From Marsupella aquatica (lineage: Eukaryota > Plantae > Marchantiophyta): a stretch of 64,000 nt of DNA. The position numbers and the translations under genes were made by a program. Location: positions 26,683,233-26,747,232 of the forward strand of contig OZ316892.1 of NCBI GenBank assembly GCA_973895155.1, written 5' to 3'. The notes under the pieces were generated by a model, which ran no database searches, was not told the origin of the DNA, and saw only the letters and a program-made list of their open reading frames with translations. This document shows, in pieces, positions 25,461 through 36,700 of this stretch (its first letter is position 1; the number at the start of each line of letters is the position of its first letter).

Positions 25461-27304
25461 TAGTCCAAGGACGTCACACCGCCAAATCAATCCAGCCTTC
25501 CTGAAAGCATCGCACCTTAGGTCGTTGTGAGGATACGATGCTCATCGTGATGCGAGGACTGTGCACAGCTCAAGAGGTAGTAAACATCGTACGCCAAGTG
25601 ACAGGAAGCAACAGCTACTGTGTTGGCATAATTCACCAGAAGATGAGTGACTTGAAGTGACCACCGGGAATACTACGGAGGCGACCAGAACCACTGGACG
25701 AGAATTATAACAAGATGCTTGGAGGCCAGTCAGCGCACGTACGGTGGGCCGTCTCGAGCAAGGTTTCCAGGAGTAGAAGGTAGGTTAGTCAGTGTCATCC
25801 ATTCAGTTTCGATGAACCCCTAGGGTACTAGCGAGCAAAGCGGTGCTTTCCGATGCCGATCGATGTCCTGGTAGAAATGACTAGAGCATTCAATCCATTC
25901 AAAAGATTGCGTGATGATTCTTAGATCAAGTTGGTACAGATCTTATAAGGTCATATGAGGCATTCTGAATGCCTCTATGGATCATCGTGTATATGAAATA
26001 CTCTGTACATTCTTTGAACTGTTATAGAGTGCTGTATATATTCTTTGAAACTGTTAATTATGTAAAGAGATTGTCCGCACTGGACCTGGAAATGTATCGG
26101 CCCAGTGCAAGGCCCTCCATGTACACCTAGGCAAACTCAGTCTGGGCCTTTCATTTAGAGTTTTACGTGTATTGGATAGATCGAGATAGTAGCGCAAAAC
26201 TTGTACGTATTTTACTTTGTGATTTCTCATCTTGGGCTCGCACTGCATCTGCGAAACTTGACAACGTGGGTGGCCTGCACAGGGAACCAGGATATTCGTG
26301 CTTAATCATTTTCAGTTGGATTTAGGTGCGAATCGGAAACTGTGTCTTGAACTCGTCCGGGCCGCTAGTGTAGTTGAATATTGATGACCAATTAAGCTTG
26401 TAGGTCGTTAACTACCGTCCACGGGGTTTGACGATCTGCTACGAATGGGTCATTCCGCCAATCAATTGGCGTGAGGTGAACTGTCCTGACCATGTTCATC
26501 GGTGCATTTCAAAGTAAGATCTTCATCTACATGGTGAAAGCAATAACAATTGTCATGCTTCTAGTAAAATTTAAACGAGATACCAATAGTGGGCCTCTTC
26601 GCAAATTTCCATATTTTACTTAAAGACCTCGCTCAGTTTTGAACTCTAGCTACTTAACAGTATCCTCCTAGGCACTAAGTTACTCATATAATTAATCGCA
26701 GCTCGGAGTACTGAGTGGACAGTTCTGATATAGTACGTAGACAAGTTAGGCACCAGGCACCTCCATCGATCCCTGCTTCCGCGCAACAAACGAATGTGAT
26801 AGAGAAGTAGTTGCCCTTGAGCTTGTTCATTGCTCAGATATTCAATGAGCAATCATTATCGGATTTGGACGAGCCATGATCTATTCGGAGAGCTCGATAA
26901 GTTGCAAACGCGTGAGCCAAAAGGTTGGCCAGATCTAGGTCCTCCAGGAAGTTCTATACGAGGGCCCATATCGTGAGTCGATGACCCCAGGTACGTCATT
27001 CACGGAAGATGTTTTACCAATAGAAGTGCCGGTTATTTCCTCAAGTCTTGTCACCTTTCGACTAGTTACTGAGACTGCATGTCGCTATTAATTCAGAAGG
27101 ACCAGGTACCACATTATATCGATCAGTCCAACATAAGTCCCACGTATCCGATCAAAAACATGAACAAATCGGATTGCTTTCACTCTCTAGGGTGGTTTCG
27201 GCTAACCGACTGGGCTGTGACGGGTCCACATGAAGTCGAAACTGTCTAGCGCTCCAACTGGCCCATCCGCAAAAGATTGTTCGTCATACTCAATGATTTT
27301 CAGT

Positions 27305-29652
27305 TCAGATCGAATGTAAAATTCAAACCTACCAACGTCCCCTCCATTAGCGGCCGGCTCCTGAACGGGTTCACGAACTGATCAAGCCTGTAGAGTAGCC
27401 GAAACCGTCAATACCTTCAACGACACAATTAATAGCACTTTATACAAGTTAACGTGGACCGATTGATTCAGCTCAACTAGAGCTCCACCCCTATCGTATG
27501 AAGAGTGAGGAAATGCATGCACTGCACAGATACGTACATCCAGCCATCTAATCAGGTCTCTGTCCAAGGAGGATGTTGCGCTGCTAGCCGCAATCTGTAC
27601 GAGAATTACTCATCGATTCAATTTATGAGAGAAGAGAACCGATTCACTTCAAGCAAATCGAGCTTGCATATCGTATCCATAATGCACCCTGTAGCAGAAT
27701 TACGCACTAGCTATGTCATTAAGCCGCCAAAGGAGGATGACTGTTGTGCTGCTGCAATGGATAGAAAAGTTGCAGATAAATAAGGAAAACGTCACGCCGG
27801 AAACCTCTAGTGCAGCGGATCACGGATCAAGATTGTACTCCTTGACATCTCTTTTTAACCCGTAGTCCTGCTGTTGATGTAGCAGGACCTCACTGGTGGT
27901 CCTGCTCTTGATGCAGCAAGCAGAACTACCACTTAAAAAGAGACATCGGGGAGCGTTTGATCCATGGTCACCACCCTGAACAGCTCAGGTACTGTCCGAT
28001 ACCATAGACTTCAACGTATGATGCCAATCAAGCATTTGTAGCACGTAACTTTAAGGGCACGCAACGTATGATGCCAATGAAGCATTTGTAGCACGTAAGT
28101 TTAGGGGCTTGTTTAGGGAAAGTATTTCAGGTCTATTTGCACCCAATTACGAAGGTGCAAAAAACCTGCAAGTTAACTCCGTGTCCCGCTTCGTCTAATA
28201 AAAAGTTAGGGTACCTTGCACGTAGCCAGGGTTTGCAGTTATGAATCTGCCCTTAGAGAGTGCAGACTGTATACTGAACCTGTTGCAGAGACGTATATAT
28301 CACAAGGCAAAATGGACACATTCCCATGTTGGTGACACTACCACTTAGGTACAACCTCACGTTCAATTATAATTAGGGAATTTCACTAAGTAGGACATTA
28401 CCTAGTAGAAAAAGTAATGAGCATAAATAATGTTTCATTAACTTAATTCAGATTTTGATTTCTTTTGTTTGAGAATTCATTTTGTAAATAGTACATGTAT
28501 TTGTGTCATGCATCATAACCCATCTAGAACTCATTGACACTGTCTACTTTGCACCCCAAAATTGATGCTCTGGCATGGTTAAATAAATATGTATGGGAGG
28601 TTCTCATGTTTGTAGGTAATTCTACAAACTTATGATATCAACATAAGAGATTTGGCAACACCCACTTGTTACAAGGGTAAATACAAATCCCAGGACAAAT
28701 GCTCTAAGTAGGATGTTTTTAGGTCTAAGTAGGATTTAAGAACACCAACATCAACTGGGTAAATGAGCGACCCCACATGGTAACATAAATCTGATTTCCT
28801 TGGGGTGGTGATAACTTTGCCTTGTCAAAGACACTTGAATATAATGCTTTATTCATATTAGTGAAAGGTTGTATTTGTTGTTTTTCTGCAAATTAAGTGC
28901 TGATTCCTTAGACCATAAGTTCCCCTCTAAGAGCTACAGATAACTCTCATTACATTACAGCAATCTATAAAACATTGCAAATCACCTGCAGTACAGGTAA
29001 CTCTCTCTAAGTGCGCACTTGGAAGCGGGATCTATATTGTGCACTAAACCAGTTTTTTCATCCATCAGATAATTATGCAAATCCCTTAAAATTTAAACTT
29101 ATCTATAAGTGGCCCTCCCATCCTCAGCAGCTCATTACTCATTACACAGACTGTACATTTGGTGTAAGCACAGTTCCTACTCTACTAAGAAGAATGGTGA
29201 ACTTATCACTAATTGCATCTGATGGGGTTGTGCACTTACTGATAAAGTGCAGCCGGGAGTGCAACCCTTACTTAGTAAGGTACAAAATGCACTTATCAAG
29301 CCAATTTTTCTCTTACAAAGTTGTCATGTATTGTTGTAGTGTCTAATGGATGCCTTGCAATAAACCAGTTTTTGCACTATGAAGACTTGTGCATACGAGA
29401 GATCTGACTGTACATACATAGTAAGATGAAAATAATTTGTAAACTTCTAGTCCCCAATGTCATCTCAATCCATGGATTAAAATTTGTCATTGTAAGGTTA
29501 CTTTTAACTAGTCTCTAACAATCTATCCACCACAATTCGTTTCCATGGATACGTTGCACTAACTGCACAACATTGTTTGCAAGTCCTCGTAAGTTAATAT
29601 ATTCTTACCATTTTTCAAACACTGAGGGTTCACTCACAAGCAGAATTTCCCT
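27305..29652 (+). repeat. Orphan-family unit C plus AT-rich tail; duplicate of 1-2837
   Basis: Colinear with unit A apart from indels, and lacks the 1713-2287 segment. Confidence 0.9.
27911..27979 (+). pseudogene. 22-aa LPLKKR micro-ORF (MQQAELPLKKRHRGAFDPWSPP*)
   Basis: Translated by hand. Start and stop positions are the same as in unit A. Confidence 0.45.
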
Positions 29653-30859
29653 CACAAGCAGAATCTCCCTCGTCAGATAATTAACCCCACTTTATTGGAA
29701 GCTTTTCTAAATACTACCTCTATCAATTATACAAGCAACCAATTGGTTGATATATAGCCTCTTGTAATTGGAAATCAAAACAAACTACCCGGGAAACTAC
29801 CTCTATCAATACAAGCAACCATTATTAATTGACTAGGCATTCAGAACTCTCGTCAAACTAGTTTAATCCATACAAGCAAGGCGGTTAATTTGACTGTCTA
29901 GTAACTCATTTGACTAGTAACCTGACTATAACAATGAAACCCAACCAAGTGAGGTACCTTGATCCACACTAGTAACAATGAAACCCAACCAAGTGAGGAT
30001 ACCTTGATCGACACAAGCAGCCAATGTTAATGTAACTCACTAGTAACATACCTGACTAAACTGTCTAGTAACTTTATATATACAAGTACCCAATACCATT
30101 GATTCCATATTAATGAGTGACTGAACTATCTGAGCATTATCTGGGTATTGGATTACCCCAACTTTTGCAGGGGTTTGATATTGCACACTTTACAAAGATA
30201 ATCCTTGAGTGAATTACTTGACACTAGGTTTCCGAGACTTTTGCCAAAGCTAGGGTGCTGCACACCCACTCTCACCTTAAGGAGTGACGTACTTGGATAG
30301 TGAAAGACACCAACTTTTGCAAGGTTTTGATCTTGCACATATGCCCAACACCTATAGACTTTAATCTCTCAATATAGACTCAACTGTAACCAATAATTAC
30401 ATTGCCAAATGAATATGAAATGCGAGTCAAGTAGCTTTTTTCGTAACTTGACTTGGGTACCTTTGAATGATTGGATAGTTGTCCAATGAAATTGATTTTG
30501 ATGCATCGATGTTGTTAGGGTCGGCTGTGAATGTGTTGTTAATACAATTCAAAATCTGTACGTGTACCTCGAATTTGAGGCATGGATGGTGGAAGTGTAA
30601 TAGTATTCGTTCAGTACTGTTTCACACCAACTTATTGGTTCGACGAATCTTGCGATTTCAAATAAGAACTGAATCTATGGAACGGTTTTAGCCACTTCGA
30701 CACATTGGACAGCCCTGATCGAAGGTCCGATAGTGTTCGGTTATCTGTTTAGTCTTTAGCCACTTCGACAATTAGTCAGCATCAAATCGACTGTTGAAAC
30801 AAGCCGGTAGAAAAAACTAGAACATCCGCTCGGGCATCCGCTAGCTCCGTTAGACTGTC

Positions 30860-32285
30860 GCTTGCGCGCGTCGTGTGTACTAACTGGCAGCAGGTCGAAG
30901 TTAATATTCAAACTACGTGATCCGATTCATTGACGTTGTGCCGTCGACAGATTTTTAATATATGGAGGCTTGAAAAGGATTGGGAAAGTGCACGGCTCTA
31001 GCCTCAATGTTGATCAAGCTAGGCAACTTCATTCTTTGCCCTTGAATATTTGTTCGTTGACAAATCGAACTACTGGCGCACGAACTGCATCCATGTTCAA
31101 TTGCGATCTCTCATCTTGGGCTCGTGCAGCCAAAAACTTGAGGTGGATGTACGACTCATTATCTGCACAAGGAATGAAGCTGTTCTTAGTCGGTAAAGGT
31201 TTCCCCTTGCATTTGATGCGCGCACATTGCCAGAAGTGAAGGATCTGAACAACAATGTCTTTAACTCGCAAGGGCTCGCTAGTCTAGTTGAGCATTGCCG
31301 ACCAAAGTTGATCGAAGGTCGATCAATAACCCACATGGAGTTCAATTATGCACTGGGAAGTTTGATGATCTGCGGCCATTGAGTCGTTTCCCAATGAAAA
31401 GGCATGATGAGGTAAACCTGAGCTGATGTACATCAGCGCTAAGGTCGCGGGAGATGGAGACTGTGTTTGTGCCCAAACCGCCTAAACTGGGAGTAGCTAG
31501 AGAGAGTGTTAGATTATGAGATATTCAAACTTACCAACGTCCCCTGAATTAGCGTATGCATCCCCCTTCGGATAAAGCCCGTATCGTACCCTTTCACTTC
31601 AAATGAAACAGTCAACGACTCAACAACATTCTAGACAACTGAAAACTAGTATATTTGAGGAAAATCGAGCTCGGTTACTATCCTATCGATTGTGAGCAAT
31701 ACACATAACAGATAAACACTAGCCACCTAATCAGGCGCCACTGAAGCTAGCTAGGAAAGCAGTTGCTATGCTTCTGCAATGTGCATCTGGAATGTGCACA
31801 AATTACCGATCAATTTGACACAAGAGAACTGATCGACCTCACGCAAATCGAGCTCATGCATCTCGTATCGATGGCGAGGAAATGCACCTGTAGCAGAAGT
31901 ACGTACCAGTTACAACATTAAGCCGCCGCACGAGGACTAGTATATATACTTTGTCAAGTCCCTGGTCCAACTTTGAGCCGAGATCAGACCAAGAGTGGGC
32001 CTCTTCGCGAATGCCCAATATTGACTTCCAATTCAAGAGCTCAAGAGCTCGATCGATCAGTGTCGAGCTCTATTTAACAGTCATCTTCCAAGGCACTATA
32101 TAATTTAGTTACTCAATATTTTAATCGCAGCTCGGAGTACTGAGTGGACAGTTCTGATCGATATAGTACAAACAAATGTAAAAGAGGTGTAGTAGCCCTT
32201 GAGCTCATTCATCGCTCAGATATTTAATATCGGATTTGGGAGAGCCATGATCTATTCGGAGACCTTGATGAGCTGCAAACGCGTT
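30860..32285 (+). pseudogene. Truncated orphan-family unit D (upstream modules only)
   Basis: 30860-31935 matches 22700-23735 and then joins sequence matching 26590-26915 (31995-32285), so the whole repeat ORF is missing. Confidence 0.75.
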
Positions 32286-32340
32286 TAGCTCAAACTTTGA
32301 ATGGCCAGAGGATGAACATCATCAAAACGTTTCAGCGAGG

Positions 32341-32642
32341 GTTTTAGCCACTTACACAGATTGAACAGTGAGTGTGATCAAAGAACCTTCTGTGTTCAAA
32401 TTGCTCACGGTTTTAGCCACTTGGACAGATTGAACCAATATTGTTCAATTCTCTACATGAAACTTTACGTTTAAGCGGCTTCGACAGATTGAACAGTGAG
32501 TGTGATCAAAGATCCTTCTGTGTTCAAATTGCTTACGGTTCTAGCCACTTACTTCGGCAGATTGAACGTACCAATATGGTTCAACCTGTGTTCAATTGTT
32601 CAATTCTCTATACATGAAACTTACGTTTAAGCCAGTTCGGCA
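32341..32642 (+). repeat. Array of five ~26-bp GTTTTAGCCACTTCGACAGATTGAAC-like repeats with hairpin spacers
   Basis: Copies at 32341, 32410, 32469, 32538 and 32625 (last partial), plus two more at ~30685 and ~30755. Spacers close with GTTCAA, complementary to the repeat-terminal TTGAAC. Confidence 0.75.
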
Positions 32643-33515
32643 ATTATGTTGCATGGACCGTTGAAGCGAGCAGCTAGATACCACTAGTTCGAACAGCAGC
32701 TACTAGCTCCGTTGAACTGTAGCTCGAGCGTGTCGTATATACCAACGAGCAGCAGGTTCAAGACTAGTCCCACTTATCCGATCAAAAACATAAATTAACG
32801 AATTCCATTTGCTGTTACTGTCTAGAGTGGTTTTGCCGAACCCGTTGGGTTGTGACGGGCCCAAGTTGAGTATTGTGCCACCGAAACTCTCTAGCGCTCC
32901 AAGGGGCTCATATCCTGAAACGACTTTTTCGTCATAGTCAAATGATTTTTACTTCAGGTCGAATGCTCATTCAAACCGACCAGCGTCCGCCTCCGGAACG
33001 GATCCCGAAACGGAACAAGCCCATAGCGTACCGTTTGACGTCAACGAACATCCAATACCTTCAACGACTCAACAGCACTTTTACAAGTAAACGACAAATG
33101 GATCAGTTTGGCTCAAATCGAGCTCCACCACTATCATATTGAGCGTGAGGAAATGCACAGTACAGATACGTAGATGCAGCCAGCTAATTAGGTCAGTGTC
33201 AAAGGAGGATGTTGCGCTGCTAGCCGCAATGTATACGAAATTACTCACGATTCGATTTCAAAGAAGAGTCTAACTGATTCATTTCACGCAAATCGAGCTT
33301 GCATATCGTATCCATATTGAGGAATGCACCGTGTAGCAGAAGGACGTACCAGCTATGTCATTAGGTCGCCAAAGGAGGTTGTTGTGCTGCTGCAATGTAT
33401 AGAAAAGTTGCAGATAAAGAAAACGTGACACCAGAATTGAAAGCACTAGCTAGTGCAGCTGATCACGGATCAAGTACTCTTCGATATCTCGTTTCCACCG
33501 GTAGTCCTGCTGTTG

Positions 33516-33740
33516 ATGCAGCTAGCAGGACTACCGCTGAAAAAGAGACATCGAGGAGCGTTTGATCCGTGGTCACCACACTCAACAGCTCAGTCGCTGT
33601 CCGATTCAATGGAGTTCCCTGAAGGCGCAACGTATGATGTCAATCAAGAATTTGCAGCTCACCAAAGGTTGTTCCAGGATCCATCTGGAACCAAATCGAG
33701 CTCAAATCCGGGGAAAGTCACTCATCCAAGCAGAAGATGA
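33516..33740 (+). CDS. 74-aa LPLKKR small protein (family unit E, ~32765-34030)
   Basis: MQLAGLPLKKRHRGAFDPWSPHSTAQSLSDSMEFPEGATYDVNQEFAAHQRLFQDPSGTKSSSNPGKVTHPSRR aligns with the N-terminal part of the 545-aa ORF. The repeat region is deleted, and the family tail follows (33800-34030, cf. 25700-25940). Confidence 0.4.
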   Translation: MQLAGLPLKKRHRGAFDPWSPHSTAQSLSDSMEFPEGATYDVNQEFAAHQRLFQDPSGTKSSSNPGKVTHPSRR

Positions 33741-36700
33741 GTTACTTAGGTTTGAACAGTTCACCGAGAGTCCTAGACATCAGGCGATTAGCTAAACGAG
33801 ACTTATAGCAAGATTCTTGGGAGGCCAGCCAAGTGCACGGTGAACGGGCTGGAGCAAGGTTGAGTATAATTATGTAATACCAAGTACGTTAGTCAGTGGG
33901 AATCCATGGAGTTTCGATGAACACCTAAGGTGCTGGCTAGCAAAAGCGGCATTGAGGTCACGGTGGAGACTACTAACAGGACAGTCCCATATTCATTCAA
34001 TAATGTGAATATCCTGAGATCAAGTTGGTACAAATTTTATTAGTGCACGTGAGTCATCATGATAGTCTGTTTGCATTATCATACACTAGCTCCACAAAAA
34101 CTGTTCAAATGAGAAAAGATGTCTACAGTAGGTAAAAATATATATGTCGAGCTGAATAAAAAAATCTAGATGAGAAAAGGCTATAATTGAAAGAGAGCAA
34201 ATGAATTTAGATATGGAAATATATTACTTAAGAAAAGAAAAGATGTAAAAATGAGAAAAAAAAATATCATGATAAGATAAACATGTCAATGTGAGATAGA
34301 TATAAAAATGAGATGTGAAAATGTGAAAACAAAAATAGTTTCTGTATTTTATTTACATTCAATAGTTGTACAATATTTCCAAAGTTTTTTTAATAAATTT
34401 AAATGTTCGATGCAAATTCAACAGTCTCCCACCACTAATGGATATATGTTCATATTGCTCAGGTGTTTGTGCACCAGTTGTGCAGTTGGTAAACTGTTTG
34501 ATGAGGATGATGAATTGTGAGCTAAGTTGGTAAATTGTTAAATGCTGTCACGGCTGAATAGTTGCTAGGCCTAGACCATACACTGTTTTATAGCATACAG
34601 GTAACGAGTTTTCATAAATATGCCTGGTCCTTGCTCGGTCTCTTTGAGCTACCTAACTTAGCTTTGATACATGAGTAGGACCTTGGTCATGATTTGGGAG
34701 AGGATATGTTGCCCCCAATGCTGCATTCCTTTCCAGTGTATTATCAGATTCGGTGAACCTTCAACCATTGGAGGGCATCAAGATCATTCGTTCAAACGTT
34801 AATTGCTGAAAAAATGGCCTCATAGCTTCAATCTGTCAATTTATTGTACAAAGAACCATTGGTCACCCATGAATCCGTTGTGAACCCATTTAATTATTCG
34901 GATTCAGTTCCGCTAATGATTTCCTTTAATTAGAGCTATTCTAGCCTTTTAGTCCTCCAGGTCAGGTCGACTTTGGTAATGAATTTGCTTTGCCCAATCC
35001 CTCTCAAGTTAGGCCTATCACAAACTATTGTCTACAACAAATCTACAACAAAAGTACCTCAGGCTATTACTTTCCCTTGGGCTTCGTTTGGAACAATGCC
35101 CTGGGGGGAGGGCTTTACCATTCACAATTCAAATGGTATTGATAGATATGGACTTCAATATCCTTCATGTTTTCACCAGCGAGGCAAGTACCCTACATAC
35201 ATGTACTTGTAGCTCAAGTATTGCTGCACTCGGAATGCGCTAGCTTTGAAAATTTGAAGCTGGTCCGATACAGAGTACTCGTCCACTGTTTTCCGAGCTG
35301 CTTTCCAAACTAATTGATTGGTCGGATGGTTCTTTCAAATCGATGAAGAACTTAGTTATCAGACAGATATATGTGGTCCTGTGAATCTGCAGCTCAAACT
35401 AACCTGAATATATAGAAAATTAACATGGATAATCTATGACAGTGAGAATCCACAACACACTGGATCATGAACTTTACAGGAAAAGCAGGCAATATTAATT
35501 ATAAGTTACCTATGGCGGAGCACATTAGCTCCTGTCTCAGTTTATTCAAGTGCATGCATACTAGGCGGACTCTAGATATCGATACGTACAGCTGGGTTGA
35601 TATGAGGATTTGCTGGCCGCCAGGTGCAAATGAGTCCAAACTGTACAAGGCCAGGATTACGCTGATGAAGCTCAGAGTCAGAACGTATGTTCCTTCATCT
35701 AGTTAGAGCGGAATATATGTTGAGTCTTAGCTCTGGAAAACTCCAGTACATGACATCCAAATAAAAACCAATTCAAGAGTTCAAATTGATGACGTACCAT
35801 TTGTTAATTTTGTTTGAATCAAATAGTAAGTGCGAAATGGTTTATTTAATTTCTCGCTAACGTATGTAGAATGGTTCTCCAATGACTTCAATATCGTAAG
35901 AAAGGACAATTTCGTGGTCAGAAAATTTCCGTGAGAAGTTGAATGGATAAAAGCACAGAGGCTTCAAGAAATTCTGAACAAAATCTGAGCATTGTAGAAT
36001 GTCCTAGCCTGAAGAAGCAAGACCACAATGCTCAGGTCGGTTGATTGGGAAGAAGGGATCGATTGAATCAAATGGCATAGCTGCCCAAAACAGAGTATTG
36101 ATCGTGCTGAGAAGGAGAAAATTAAGTGTGACTTCAACAAATAGTTGATCGTCCAATGGAAGAGGTTGTGTTTTTGGCCAACCAGGAATTCCTGGCTACA
36201 AACAATTCAGATCTTGTCCGAAGGACGACCAACGCATGTTTCCAATTAAACAAACTATGATTTTGTTTAATTCTGACCATCCATGAAAAGTTTCTATGAT
36301 GAGAATCCAAGAAGTAAATTTGACGTCGCCATTGAGCTGCAGACTTGCTCTGTCATAACCCCCACTTAATTCCAACCGTGTCCATCTCTTAAGTAGTTAG
36401 CCATACTAGTGAGACATTTAGCCTCTTAACCTCAGTTTTTCGCTGGCTTCCGGAAAGTCCTCATTTTCTTGTTGTTCATCAGAAATGATAAAATGGCCAA
36501 ATACATGAAAACTGGGAGTAGGACTAATTTGATATGGAATCAGAATTTTAAACACTGACTAAAGTTTGGACGTAAAGGTCAGATTCTGTTTAAAGGGGAA
36601 AACTTGTAACTATACAAACTTACTCATATGTGTGTCACTCCTTTCTATGAATCTTTATTTAATACTTGAGAAACCGAAATTGTTTTTCCGTCTCTGTGCA

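Noticed and set aside
32341-32642. CRISPR array (repeats begin GTTTTAG and end ATTGAAC, spacers 33-57 bp)
   Set aside because: Spacers 1/3 and 2/4 are duplicates, repeats are degenerate, there are no cas genes, and the context is plant nuclear DNA. Tandem duplication explains it.
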